From an uncultured bacterium (lineage in GTDB: Bacteria; Krumholzibacteriota; Krumholzibacteriia; WVZY01): a stretch of 64,000 nt of DNA. Made by a program: the position numbers and the translations under genes. The notes beneath the pieces are model-generated. The model searched no databases. It saw only the letters and a program-made list of their open reading frames with translations, and was not told where the DNA came from. Positions 56,472 through 64,000 of the stretch are shown here, piece by piece. The stretch spans positions 2,625-66,624 of the forward strand of contig CAYXEN010000005.1 in the NCBI GenBank assembly GCA_964464035.1, in the 5' to 3' direction. The stretch's first letter is position 1, and every line of letters starts with the position of its first letter.

Positions 56472-59400
56472 CAAATTGGGGTAGCTGATACCCAACTCCG
56501 TCGCTGCACGCGACCGGTTCCAGGCATTACGCTTGAGAGCATCCAGGATTTCACGTTTCTCGAGCTCGCAGATCTTTTCCTTGAGAGTGAGCTTGGACGT
56601 GCGCTCGTCGGAGGCCGAAGCCGAATAGTCCAGAACGACGGGGGGAAGATGCTCCAAGCCTATTTCATCACCGTCGTCGGCCAGGATCACGGCACGCTTC
56701 ACGACCTTTTCCAACTCCCTCACGTTCCCCGGCCAGCGATAAGAGACGAGCTTATCCATCGCCTCGGGCGATATGCCGGTGATTATCTTACCCATTTCCG
56801 TGGCGACCTTCTCGAGATAGTACTCCAGGAGCAACGGGATATCATCCTTCCTCTTGCGAAGCGGAGGTACTTCGAGAGGAAAATCGTTGATCCGGTAATA
56901 GAAATCCTCCAGGAACCTCCCTTCCTCGCAGAGCTTGAGAAGATCGATCTTGGACGCGCAGATCACCTTGACGTCCACCGGTATCATCTCGTTGGAGCCG
57001 ACTCTCCTCACCTTGCCGGTGTCCAGGAATTGAAGTAGCTTGCCCTGCATCGCCAGCGTCGTCTTGCCGATCTCATCGAGGAATATCGTGCCGCCGTGGG
57101 CCTGGCGCAGCAGCCCGTCCTTGTTGGCGACGGCGCCGGTGAAAGCGCCGCGGACGTGACCGAACAGCTCGCTCTCCAAGAGAGGCTCGGGCAGGGCGGC
57201 GCAGTTCACGTGGATGAACTTCTGCTCCCGCCTGTCGCTCAGAAGGTGGATCGCATAAGCTATGAGACCCTTACCCGTTCCCGTCTCCCCCTGCAGGAGC
57301 ACTGTGGCGTTGGAATGGGCCACCCTCTCGGCCAAGTTTAGCAGTTTGAGCATCTCACCGTTGTCGGTGATGATACTCGAGAAACTCTCGGGCGCCGGTT
57401 TGCGGGCACGGGCCTGCTTTCGCTCGTTGCGCAGGAGTTCGAAAACCGACAGGGAAATGAGGCTCGTATAGGCGCCGATGAAATGAACTGCTTCGCGATG
57501 GATCTGGGCGGACGAATCATCCTGATCCTTGTACAGGAAGAGGCATCCCAGTTCCTCGCCTTCGAATCCCAGTTTCTTGTATAGGCCCAGCAACGGCTTG
57601 TTCCCGTTGTCCGCTATCAAACCTGCGAGGTCCGGTTCCTCCGCCGAGCTGAAGATCGCCGCCTCACTCGCCTCCCGGCTCGAGTATTTCCCGCTAAGCC
57701 AGCGGTGAAGGGCCTTCGCCTTCCTCTTGCCGAGCGCCATCGAGGTAATGATCTCGAACCCTTCTCCTTCGGCGGATCTTATGGCGATGAATCCTCCCCT
57801 CGCTCCCGCTTTCTCGGCGAGAAACCCGAGGGTCGAATCCAGCTCGCTCGAGAGCTTCTCGCGTGAATGCGTGCTGGCCTGGAGACCGCCCAGGGCGGCG
57901 AACTGATCCAGGACCCGGGCCGTGCTCTTGGCCATGCGTGCTTCGACGCGCGCACGCATCGCTCTCAGCATGCGCTTGATCTTGCCGTCCTCGCCCTCGG
58001 CGAGGCGATCCGCTTCGTAGACGGCCAGAAGGGCGCCGTCGAGATCGTCCAATCGGGCCTCGACCGCGGCAAGGATGACTTGAGACAGTATCTGTCCCCT
58101 CGGATGGTCGGCCTTGCCGAAATCCATTATGCTGTCGTTGAGAATCTGCTTCGCCTTGAGGAGGCTTTCATCGTCGCGCTTCTTTATGTAGGCGCGGGCG
58201 AGGAGCTGTTCCGATCTGGCTTTCTCGTAGACGTTGCTGTAGCGATCGAACATCTCGACGCTCGTCCGCATGGCTTCGATCGCTTCATCCAGGCTCCCGG
58301 TTCTCGCCAGGCACAGGCTTCGCGTGCGCAGGAAGAAACCCATCTCGTAATACTCGCCGCAGTTGGAGGCCACTTCGAGGCCTTCCTCGATATACGCCAG
58401 CGCCTTCTGGTAGTTGGAGAGCTGGTAATGCACGTCGGCGAGCCTGCGCAGGATCTCGGCCGTTACGTCGCCTTCCGGCGCTATCTTCCTGGCCTTGCGC
58501 AGCCCGTTGTTCAAGTTGACGAGAGCCTCGTGATATCTTCCCCTCGCTATCATCAGCTCACCGAGATACTCGTCGGCGAGAGCCGACTCCCTGCCGTAGC
58601 CCGCGTCGTTGGCCATGACCTGGCCGCGGACTATGAACTTCTCGGCTTTCTTGACTTCCCCGCACTGCACGTAGGTCCGGCCCTCCATGAGGATAGCCTT
58701 CGTAAGCTTGAAATTGTCGCCGAAACGCTCCGCCATGTTCGATGCCGTGGCGAAGCTGCTCAGCGCTTCGCTGAAACGCCTGAGCTTGCCGTAGACGATA
58801 CCCAGATTGAGGTGCACGCGTATCAGGTGTTGCGTAAGCCCAAGGTCGTTGGCTATCTCCAGGGACTTGGAAAGCGAAGCGATGGCCCTTTGCCAGCGAC
58901 AAGCATTCTTGTGCAGGAGCCCGAGGTTGTTGTAAACGTATGCGGTACCGACCTTGTCTTCTATCCTGCGATAGGAGGAGAGGGCGTCCATGAAAAACTC
59001 CTCGGCCTCCCCCGCCAGGCCCAGCCTGTGATAGCAATTGGCTAGGAGAATCTGGATGTCGGCCACTTCACTGTGTTCGTCGGAATGCTTGAGCCGCCTG
59101 TAGGCGCTGAAACCTATCTTGAGCGCCTCGTCGTAATAGCCCTGGTCGAGGAGGATGAACGCTTCCCGGTACTCGATCTTGCCGAGGTCCTCGGCCGCGG
59201 GCATTTCCTGCAAGGCGGCCCTGGCCTTCTCGAGATACCTGCGTGCTTCCCTGTAATCGCCTTTCTTGCGATGGCAATCGCTTATGCGAAGGGACAAGCG
59301 GAAACGATCCGGATATTCTTTTACATCGGATGAAGACGCGGCCTTCTTGAAGTACTCGAGAGCGGTCGAGTAGTTCTCCGTAGAGAAATGCATCAGGCCG

Positions 59401-59495
59401 ATCTCTTCAGAAGGAGAGAAAATGGACTCTGAATCAGGCCTTTTGCCCGGGTTGTAGTTGAACCCGTCCTTATTTTCGTCCCGTGCGTTGGACAT
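56439..59495 (-). CDS. Sigma-54-dependent transcriptional activator with long N-terminal TPR array and GAF-like domain (no receiver domain)
   Basis: 1018 aa. About 550 aa of TPR-like repeats, then a putative GAF-like segment. AAA+ sigma-54 interaction domain (…[18 protein letters not shown]…, GAFTGA motif [14 protein letters not shown], …[10 protein letters not shown]…). C-terminal Fis-type HTH. Confidence 0.85.
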   Translation of the reverse strand: MSNARDENKDGFNYNPGKRPDSESIFSPSEEIGLMHFSTENYSTALEYFKKAASSSDVKEYPDRFRLSLRISDCHRKKGDYREARRYLEKARAALQEMPAAEDLGKIEYREAFILLDQGYYDEALKIGFSAYRRLKHSDEHSEVADIQILLANCYHRLGLAGEAEEFFMDALSSYRRIEDKVGTAYVYNNLGLLHKNACRWQRAIASLSKSLEIANDLGLTQHLIRVHLNLGIVYGKLRRFSEALSSFATASNMAERFGDNFKLTKAILMEGRTYVQCGEVKKAEKFIVRGQVMANDAGYGRESALADEYLGELMIARGRYHEALVNLNNGLRKARKIAPEGDVTAEILRRLADVHYQLSNYQKALAYIEEGLEVASNCGEYYEMGFFLRTRSLCLARTGSLDEAIEAMRTSVEMFDRYSNVYEKARSEQLLARAYIKKRDDESLLKAKQILNDSIMDFGKADHPRGQILSQVILAAVEARLDDLDGALLAVYEADRLAEGEDGKIKRMLRAMRARVEARMAKSTARVLDQFAALGGLQASTHSREKLSSELDSTLGFLAEKAGARGGFIAIRSAEGEGFEIITSMALGKRKAKALHRWLSGKYSSREASEAAIFSSAEEPDLAGLIADNGNKPLLGLYKKLGFEGEELGCLFLYKDQDDSSAQIHREAVHFIGAYTSLISLSVFELLRNERKQARARKPAPESFSSIITDNGEMLKLLNLAERVAHSNATVLLQGETGTGKGLIAYAIHLLSDRREQKFIHVNCAALPEPLLESELFGHVRGAFTGAVANKDGLLRQAHGGTIFLDEIGKTTLAMQGKLLQFLDTGKVRRVGSNEMIPVDVKVICASKIDLLKLCEEGRFLEDFYYRINDFPLEVPPLRKRKDDIPLLLEYYLEKVATEMGKIITGISPEAMDKLVSYRWPGNVRELEKVVKRAVILADDGDEIGLEHLPPVVLDYSASASDERTSKLTLKEKICELEKREILDALKRNAWNRSRAATELGISYPNLLSKIKTYRLQ

Positions 59496-59541
59496 GTATC
59501 TTTTCCTATCTATCGCGGTTTCGCTGAGATGTGAAATCTTC

Positions 59542-59874
59542 TCAGAAGAGACCGTTCACCAGGAAATAAAGCAACCAAGCCCTAAGCGTGAAGTTCACTT
59601 CGTACGGCACCTCGTGGTTCGCCCTTCCGGCACCCTTTAGAGGATCACCGTACTTCAGTCCCCCTAAGTCATCCGCATCACCTTTGCCGTTTCCGCCCCC
59701 GTTGTCACTCGCGTTCCCAAAGATTCCGGAACCGGGGGTGTCCCCGTTCTGGTCATGGGAACCAATGATGTGGATTTGATTCGTGGATGAGGGAGAACCT
59801 GCGAGTAGATAGGCCGAAGGGTAAATGACCAACAGACTTGTAATGGCTGTTATAACCATTAGAGTCTTTCTCAT
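59542..59874 (-). CDS. Small secreted Gly/Asp-rich protein (hypothetical)
   Basis: Track start is GTG 59913. ATG 59874 (MRKTLMVITAITSLLVIYPSAYLLAGS) after GGAAGGAG is preferred. Gly-rich middle (GNASDNGGGNGKGDADDLGG). Hydrophobic C-terminus …AWLLYFLVNGLF. Confidence 0.4.
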   Translation of the reverse strand: MRKTLMVITAITSLLVIYPSAYLLAGSPSSTNQIHIIGSHDQNGDTPGSGIFGNASDNGGGNGKGDADDLGGLKYGDPLKGAGRANHEVPYEVNFTLRAWLLYFLVNGLF

Positions 59875-59951
59875 CCCACATTCATCTCCTTCCGAGACAA
59901 GAGAATTAACCACCTTATCGAGTGTGGGGATAGATGGTTGATACTACACTA

Positions 59952-59981
59952 AATATATTCCAGACCACTTCGGCTTGTCAA
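59952..59981 (-). promoter_or_regulatory. Candidate sigma-70-type promoter (TTGACA-N17/18-TATATT) upstream of the small Gly-rich protein gene
   Basis: The minus strand reads …TCTTTGACAAGCCGAAGTGGTCTGGAATATATTTAGTG…, about 70 nt upstream of ATG 59874. Confidence 0.3.
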
Positions 59982-59989
59982 AGAAATTC

Positions 59990-61375
59990 TCAGGTTTCCT
60001 CGCCCGCGGCCTCGTCATCGGCCCGCTTCTTATAAGATATACCGTACTTTTCGAGTTTTTTGTATAGATTGCTCCTCTGCATCCCCAGCTTCTTCGCGGT
60101 CCGGCTCACGTTGAAATTGTTCTCCTTGAGCTTGTTCGCGAAAAAATCCCTTTCCACCGCTTCCCTGAACTCGTTGTAGGTCTCCTTGTCGAAATACTGC
60201 TCCTCGATATTGCGGGGCGAGCCGAGCGGAGGCAGGTCCCCGGCGTCGATAACCTCGTCACGGGTGAGGATCACGAGGCGCTCGATGAGATTCTTCAGTT
60301 CCCTCACGTTCCCCGGCCAGGAGTAGTCCATGAGGACGTCGATAGCCTTCTTCGAGATTTTCTTCGGCTTCTGCCCGAGCTCCTCCGCCGTCTGCTCCAG
60401 GAAGTACTCGCAGAGTATCGGAATGTCCGAGATCCTCTTGCGCAAGGGAGGGACGAGAATCGGCACTACGTTCAGGCGATAGAAGAGATCCTGCCTGAAA
60501 CTGCCCGCTTGCGACTCCTTGAGCAGATCCTTGTTCGAAGCGGCGAGCACGCGGACGTCGACCTTCTTCGTTTCCGATCCGCCAACCCGCTCGAATTGCG
60601 ACTCCTGCAGGACGCGCAGCACTTTCGCCTGGGCGGAAAGGCTCATGTCGCCGACCTCGTCCAGAAAGATAGTGCCGCCGTCCGCGAGCTCGAACTTTCC
60701 TATCCGCCTCGAGGTCGCGCCGGTGAAAGCACCCTTCTCATGCCCGAAGAGCTCGCTCTCGATCAGTTCCTCGGGGATGGCAGCGCAGTTCACCTCGATG
60801 AACGGCTCCGGGGCGCGCGGGCTCATCTCGTGAATGGCCCGCGCCACGAGCTCCTTGCCCGTACCGTTCTCCCCCATTATGAGCACCCTCGTGTTGGTCG
60901 GCGCAACCTTCCTCAGCGTCTCCATTATGGCCTGCATCGACGGGTGCTCGCCTATGATCCTCCCCTTGCCCTGTATCTTTCGCCTCAGGGTGATGTTCTC
61001 GCGGATGAGGTCCCGTTGCGCGAGCCCGTTCCTTATGACCAGCAGGATCCTTTCGGCGTCTATGGGCTTCTCGATGAAATCATAGGCACCGAGCTTGGTG
61101 GCCTCCACCGCGGTCTGGATGTTGCCGTGCCCGGAGATGATGACCACCGGCAGCTCCGGCGAATCTGCGTGCACCTGGGAGAGGACTTCCAAGCCGTCCA
61201 TGCCCGGCATCTTTATGTCCAGGAGAACGAGATCGACCAGCTCGTTGGCGATCGTTTCCAGCGCCTGCCTGCCGTCCTCGGCGAGGAGGACGCGGTATTT
61301 CTCGTACTCGAGGAGGCGCTTCAAGGTCTCCCTGATGCCTTTTTCGTCGTCTGCAACGAGTATCGTCTTGGGCAT
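59990..61375 (-). CDS. Sigma-54-dependent response regulator (NtrC family: REC, AAA+, Fis HTH)
   Basis: ORF 59990..61474. Start at ATG 61375 (MPKTILVADDEKGIRETL…). REC …LVLLDIKMPGMDGLEVL…. AAA+ …LIMGENGTGKELVARAIH… with GAFTGA (ELFGHEKGAFTGAT). C-terminal HTH. No adjacent histidine kinase. Confidence 0.9.
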   Translation of the reverse strand: MPKTILVADDEKGIRETLKRLLEYEKYRVLLAEDGRQALETIANELVDLVLLDIKMPGMDGLEVLSQVHADSPELPVVIISGHGNIQTAVEATKLGAYDFIEKPIDAERILLVIRNGLAQRDLIRENITLRRKIQGKGRIIGEHPSMQAIMETLRKVAPTNTRVLIMGENGTGKELVARAIHEMSPRAPEPFIEVNCAAIPEELIESELFGHEKGAFTGATSRRIGKFELADGGTIFLDEVGDMSLSAQAKVLRVLQESQFERVGGSETKKVDVRVLAASNKDLLKESQAGSFRQDLFYRLNVVPILVPPLRKRISDIPILCEYFLEQTAEELGQKPKKISKKAIDVLMDYSWPGNVRELKNLIERLVILTRDEVIDAGDLPPLGSPRNIEEQYFDKETYNEFREAVERDFFANKLKENNFNVSRTAKKLGMQRSNLYKKLEKYGISYKKRADDEAAGEET

Positions 61376-61545
61376 GTCGTTCCGCCTTCGCGCTGGCGCC
61401 GTGGACGCCTGAAGAGAGTTGTTCCCCGATTGTCCTTTCGGAAAATGAATATCATAGCGGGACGATTTCAGCAATTATATATTGATAGGAGCAAGAACGG
61501 GGCGCAACGGGGCGCCTCCATGATACGGCGAGTCGCGAGGACGTT

Positions 61546-62667
61546 ATGAATGATGATCGCATACACTTGAGGAACCTGTCCCTCGACGAACTGAAGGACT
61601 TCATCGAAGAGATCGGGGAACCCTCTTATCGCTTCAAGCAGATAGCTTCCTGGTTGTACGGGAAGCCGGTGAGGGAATTCTCCCTGATGACCGACCTCCC
61701 CCTGTCCCTGCGCGAGCGCCTCACGGAATCGGCCGTGATCTCCACGCTCGAGCCGGTCACGGTGCAGATATCACGGACCGACGGCACGCGCAAGTTTCTC
61801 TTCCGCCTCCAAGACGGCGAGTTCATAGAATCGGTTTTCATGCGCCACGGCAAGAGGATAACGCTTTGCATATCGACCCAAGTGGGTTGCCCCCTCGATT
61901 GCATATTCTGCCGGACGGGCAAAGGAAGATTCCGGCGCAATCTCACCAGCGGGGAGATTCTGGACCAGATCTGCATTCTCAGGGATCAATCCCTGGGAGA
62001 AGTGGAGAAAGTGAACGTAGTGTTCATGGGCATGGGAGAACCTCTCCTCAACTACAAGGCGCTGGTCAAGGCGCTCAAGACGCTCAACGATCCCGCCGGC
62101 ATGAACCTGAGCGGGAGGAGGATCACGGTCTCGACCGCGGGACTGCCTTCGAAGATGACGGCGCTGGCCGACGAGGATGTATCGTGCCTGTTGGCCGTTT
62201 CTCTCAACGCGGCGGACGACGCGCGCCGCAGGGAGATCATGCCGGCGCTCGGCGCACATTCGATCAGCGAGATCCTCGAGGCTGCGGAATATTTCGCGCG
62301 GAAGAAACGGGGGCGGGTGACGATCGAGTACGTTCTCGTCAAGGGTCTGAACACGTCGCTGTCGGACGCCGACAGGCTCGGAAGGCTCACGCGAAGCAAG
62401 CCTTTCAAGCTGAACCTGATTCCCTGCAATCCGGGAAGCGGGCTTTCGACGCTGAGTGAAGAGGAGATAGACCGCTTCATACAGAGGTTGCTGCCTCACG
62501 CCCCCACGGTGACAGTCCGCCGGAGCAAGGGATCGGACATAGACGCGGCATGCGGCCAGCTATGGACGAAAAGCCTTTCGAAAACCCGCCCTGCGAAAGG
62601 TTCCCCTGAGGTGCTTGAGGAGGGAGAGGAAGGAGAGGATACCTTTCGCAGGAATGGGAGAGGCTAG
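61546..62667 (+). CDS. rlmN: 23S rRNA (adenine2503-C2)-methyltransferase, radical SAM
   Basis: 373 aa. …SYRFKQIASWLY…, radical-SAM CPLDCIFC motif, overall RlmN/Cfr layout. Confidence 0.9.
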   Translation: MNDDRIHLRNLSLDELKDFIEEIGEPSYRFKQIASWLYGKPVREFSLMTDLPLSLRERLTESAVISTLEPVTVQISRTDGTRKFLFRLQDGEFIESVFMRHGKRITLCISTQVGCPLDCIFCRTGKGRFRRNLTSGEILDQICILRDQSLGEVEKVNVVFMGMGEPLLNYKALVKALKTLNDPAGMNLSGRRITVSTAGLPSKMTALADEDVSCLLAVSLNAADDARRREIMPALGAHSISEILEAAEYFARKKRGRVTIEYVLVKGLNTSLSDADRLGRLTRSKPFKLNLIPCNPGSGLSTLSEEEIDRFIQRLLPHAPTVTVRRSKGSDIDAACGQLWTKSLSKTRPAKGSPEVLEEGEEGEDTFRRNGRG

Positions 62668-62696
62668 GGGTCTCTATATATGACGATCCAAAAAGC

Positions 62697-63809
62697 CTAC
62701 CTGATTAGGAGCATCTTCTTCGTGACCTTCATGCTCCCAGCGCTCACCACGCAAAAATAAGGCGCGCTGGCGACTTCTTCTCCCCTTGCGTTCCTTCCGT
62801 TCCAGGACACGCGAAGATCCGAGCCGCCGGGAACGCCGTTGAAGATCTCGTCTATCAGCCTGCCCCTGACATCGTAGATCCTCACGGAAACGGTTCTTCC
62901 GCTCTCCATGAAACCATCGACGAGATGGATCCTTATCTCGGTCGTCGGATTGAAAGGGTTGGGATAGTTCGTCACTAGCTCGATCGCCCCCCCTCCGACG
63001 CGCCCGCTCGCCAGCGCAACGAAGAATTCGTCCAACCCGCTGACGACGAACGGCGAAGGAAGTTCTGGGTTCTCGATCCTTCCCCCGGCCCTGGCGGCAT
63101 CGCCGCCGAACAGAACGCGGAAATCCTCGGCGAAGATCTCCTCGGGCCTGTAAGAGTGGGACGCCGACTCGGAAAAGACCGCGACATTATCTATACCCCG
63201 CAGTTGTTTGTATCTATACCACGGGAAAGATGATATAGGCGCGTATCGATTCTGGAAAGCGTGCCCGACCTCGTGGGTCACTATATAATGAGCGCTCTCC
63301 CTCGATATCTCCAGCACGTGAGGGCTCAGGAATATCTCCGAACCGCCTGTGGAGCTCATGAGGAGGTTGGCGCGCGGAAAGGGAAGGATATAGATGTCGA
63401 GAGGCATGTCCAAGCCGCTGAGGGATATTTCCGCTATGGCGTCGACCACGAGCTCTTCATCGAAGGGGTGAAAAGACCCGTCCCCTTTGTTCGCGATCCT
63501 GGGATCATTTATATCGGTTATCACGTCGAGGTACCGGCCGTCGCCCAGATCGATCCTCCCTCCCGACTCGCCGAAAACTGTACGCCGTTCCAGGTAGGAC
63601 GACGTGAATACGCGGGCGGATATGCCGTTCGTGAATCGAACCCGCAGGACGCCGTCCGCATCGCCTGAAGCATTTGGTGCAACCGCTTCCCGGTCATTCC
63701 CGCCGAGGTCCGGTAGCGTCTCGTCGCTACGTGCGCCCGGCGGCAAAGAGAACAGGAGGACGAATACGAAGAGCAGGCAGGATGCCTTGTGCATCGCCGT
63801 TCCGAGCAT
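62697..63809 (-). CDS. Secreted putative zinc metalloprotease (HExxH) with T9SS C-terminal sorting domain
   Basis: Signal peptide MLGTAMHKASCLLFVFVLLFSL. Zinc motif IVTHEVGHAF. C-terminus …YPNPFNPTTEIRIHL…VSVRIYDVRGRLIDEIF…WNGRNARGEEVASAPYFCVVSAGSMKVTKKMLLIR. Confidence 0.65.
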   Translation of the reverse strand: MLGTAMHKASCLLFVFVLLFSLPPGARSDETLPDLGGNDREAVAPNASGDADGVLRVRFTNGISARVFTSSYLERRTVFGESGGRIDLGDGRYLDVITDINDPRIANKGDGSFHPFDEELVVDAIAEISLSGLDMPLDIYILPFPRANLLMSSTGGSEIFLSPHVLEISRESAHYIVTHEVGHAFQNRYAPISSFPWYRYKQLRGIDNVAVFSESASHSYRPEEIFAEDFRVLFGGDAARAGGRIENPELPSPFVVSGLDEFFVALASGRVGGGAIELVTNYPNPFNPTTEIRIHLVDGFMESGRTVSVRIYDVRGRLIDEIFNGVPGGSDLRVSWNGRNARGEEVASAPYFCVVSAGSMKVTKKMLLIR

Positions 63810-64000
63810 TTTGTCTTTCTAGGATTCGTGTTTAAAGAGGTTGATTGAGATATAACTATAATTGAACGCTATCTATAATTCTTTGCCTGTTCCTATAGAC
63901 TGCATCAGTCGTTCCCATAACCGCAAGCTCGCCGAAAGAAGCCGCTCCGGATCGTCCGCATGGAGAAGCAGTCATATGTTATTCACATAAACAATGTTGT

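Noticed and set aside
1-64000. CRISPR arrays, IS elements, integrases, rRNA/tRNA genes
   Set aside because: No direct-repeat arrays, transposase or integrase-like ORFs, or tRNA-like T-arm strings were seen. All sizeable intergenic regions were read by eye.

Overview
GC-rich (about 60%) chromosomal segment from an uncultured-type bacterium, possibly of the FCB/candidate-phylum group. The basis for that guess is that six proteins carry a T9SS-type C-terminal sorting domain, the RpoD-like sigma factor is short (295 aa), and Shine-Dalgarno sites are nevertheless used. I call about 47 genes. All but two (lpxH, rlmN) are on the minus strand, in long co-directional strings with frequent 4-nt start/stop overlaps. 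Housekeeping content includes ppdK, an IDH/IPMDH-family dehydrogenase plus sucD/sucC, glyQ/glyS, recO, the conserved phoH-pgpH(7TM-HD)-ybeY-CNNM/CorC cluster followed by DUF502 and mgtE, aspS/hisS, ptsN-like EIIA, an AmiC-type amidase, an M23 peptidase, the sigma-70 factor, degP/htrA, lpxH and rlmN. Accessory content: six secreted proteins with the T9SS-type C-terminal domain, among them an S8 subtilase, an FG-GAP protein whose M6-like HExxH is degenerate, a Zn-metalloprotease and a 1004-aa protein. Two of these cargo genes are each followed at once by a FadL/PorV-like outer-membrane barrel gene. There is a tandem pair of large paralogous lipoproteins, one interrupted by a 1-nt frameshift in a T-homopolymer. 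A sigma-54 regulatory neighbourhood holds a TPR-GAF-AAA+ activator, an orphan NtrC-type response regulator, a small Gly-rich secreted protein, and a near-consensus sigma-54 promoter in front of a lipoprotein / DUF4384-like basic-tail gene pair. It sits next to a 0.9-kb low-GC island that has no credible host-like gene but contains an improbably long 293-aa ORF. I found no rRNA, tRNA, CRISPR array or obvious mobile element. The six-frame track omits the ORF that runs off the window start (1..1523, minus). I translated that ORF by hand.
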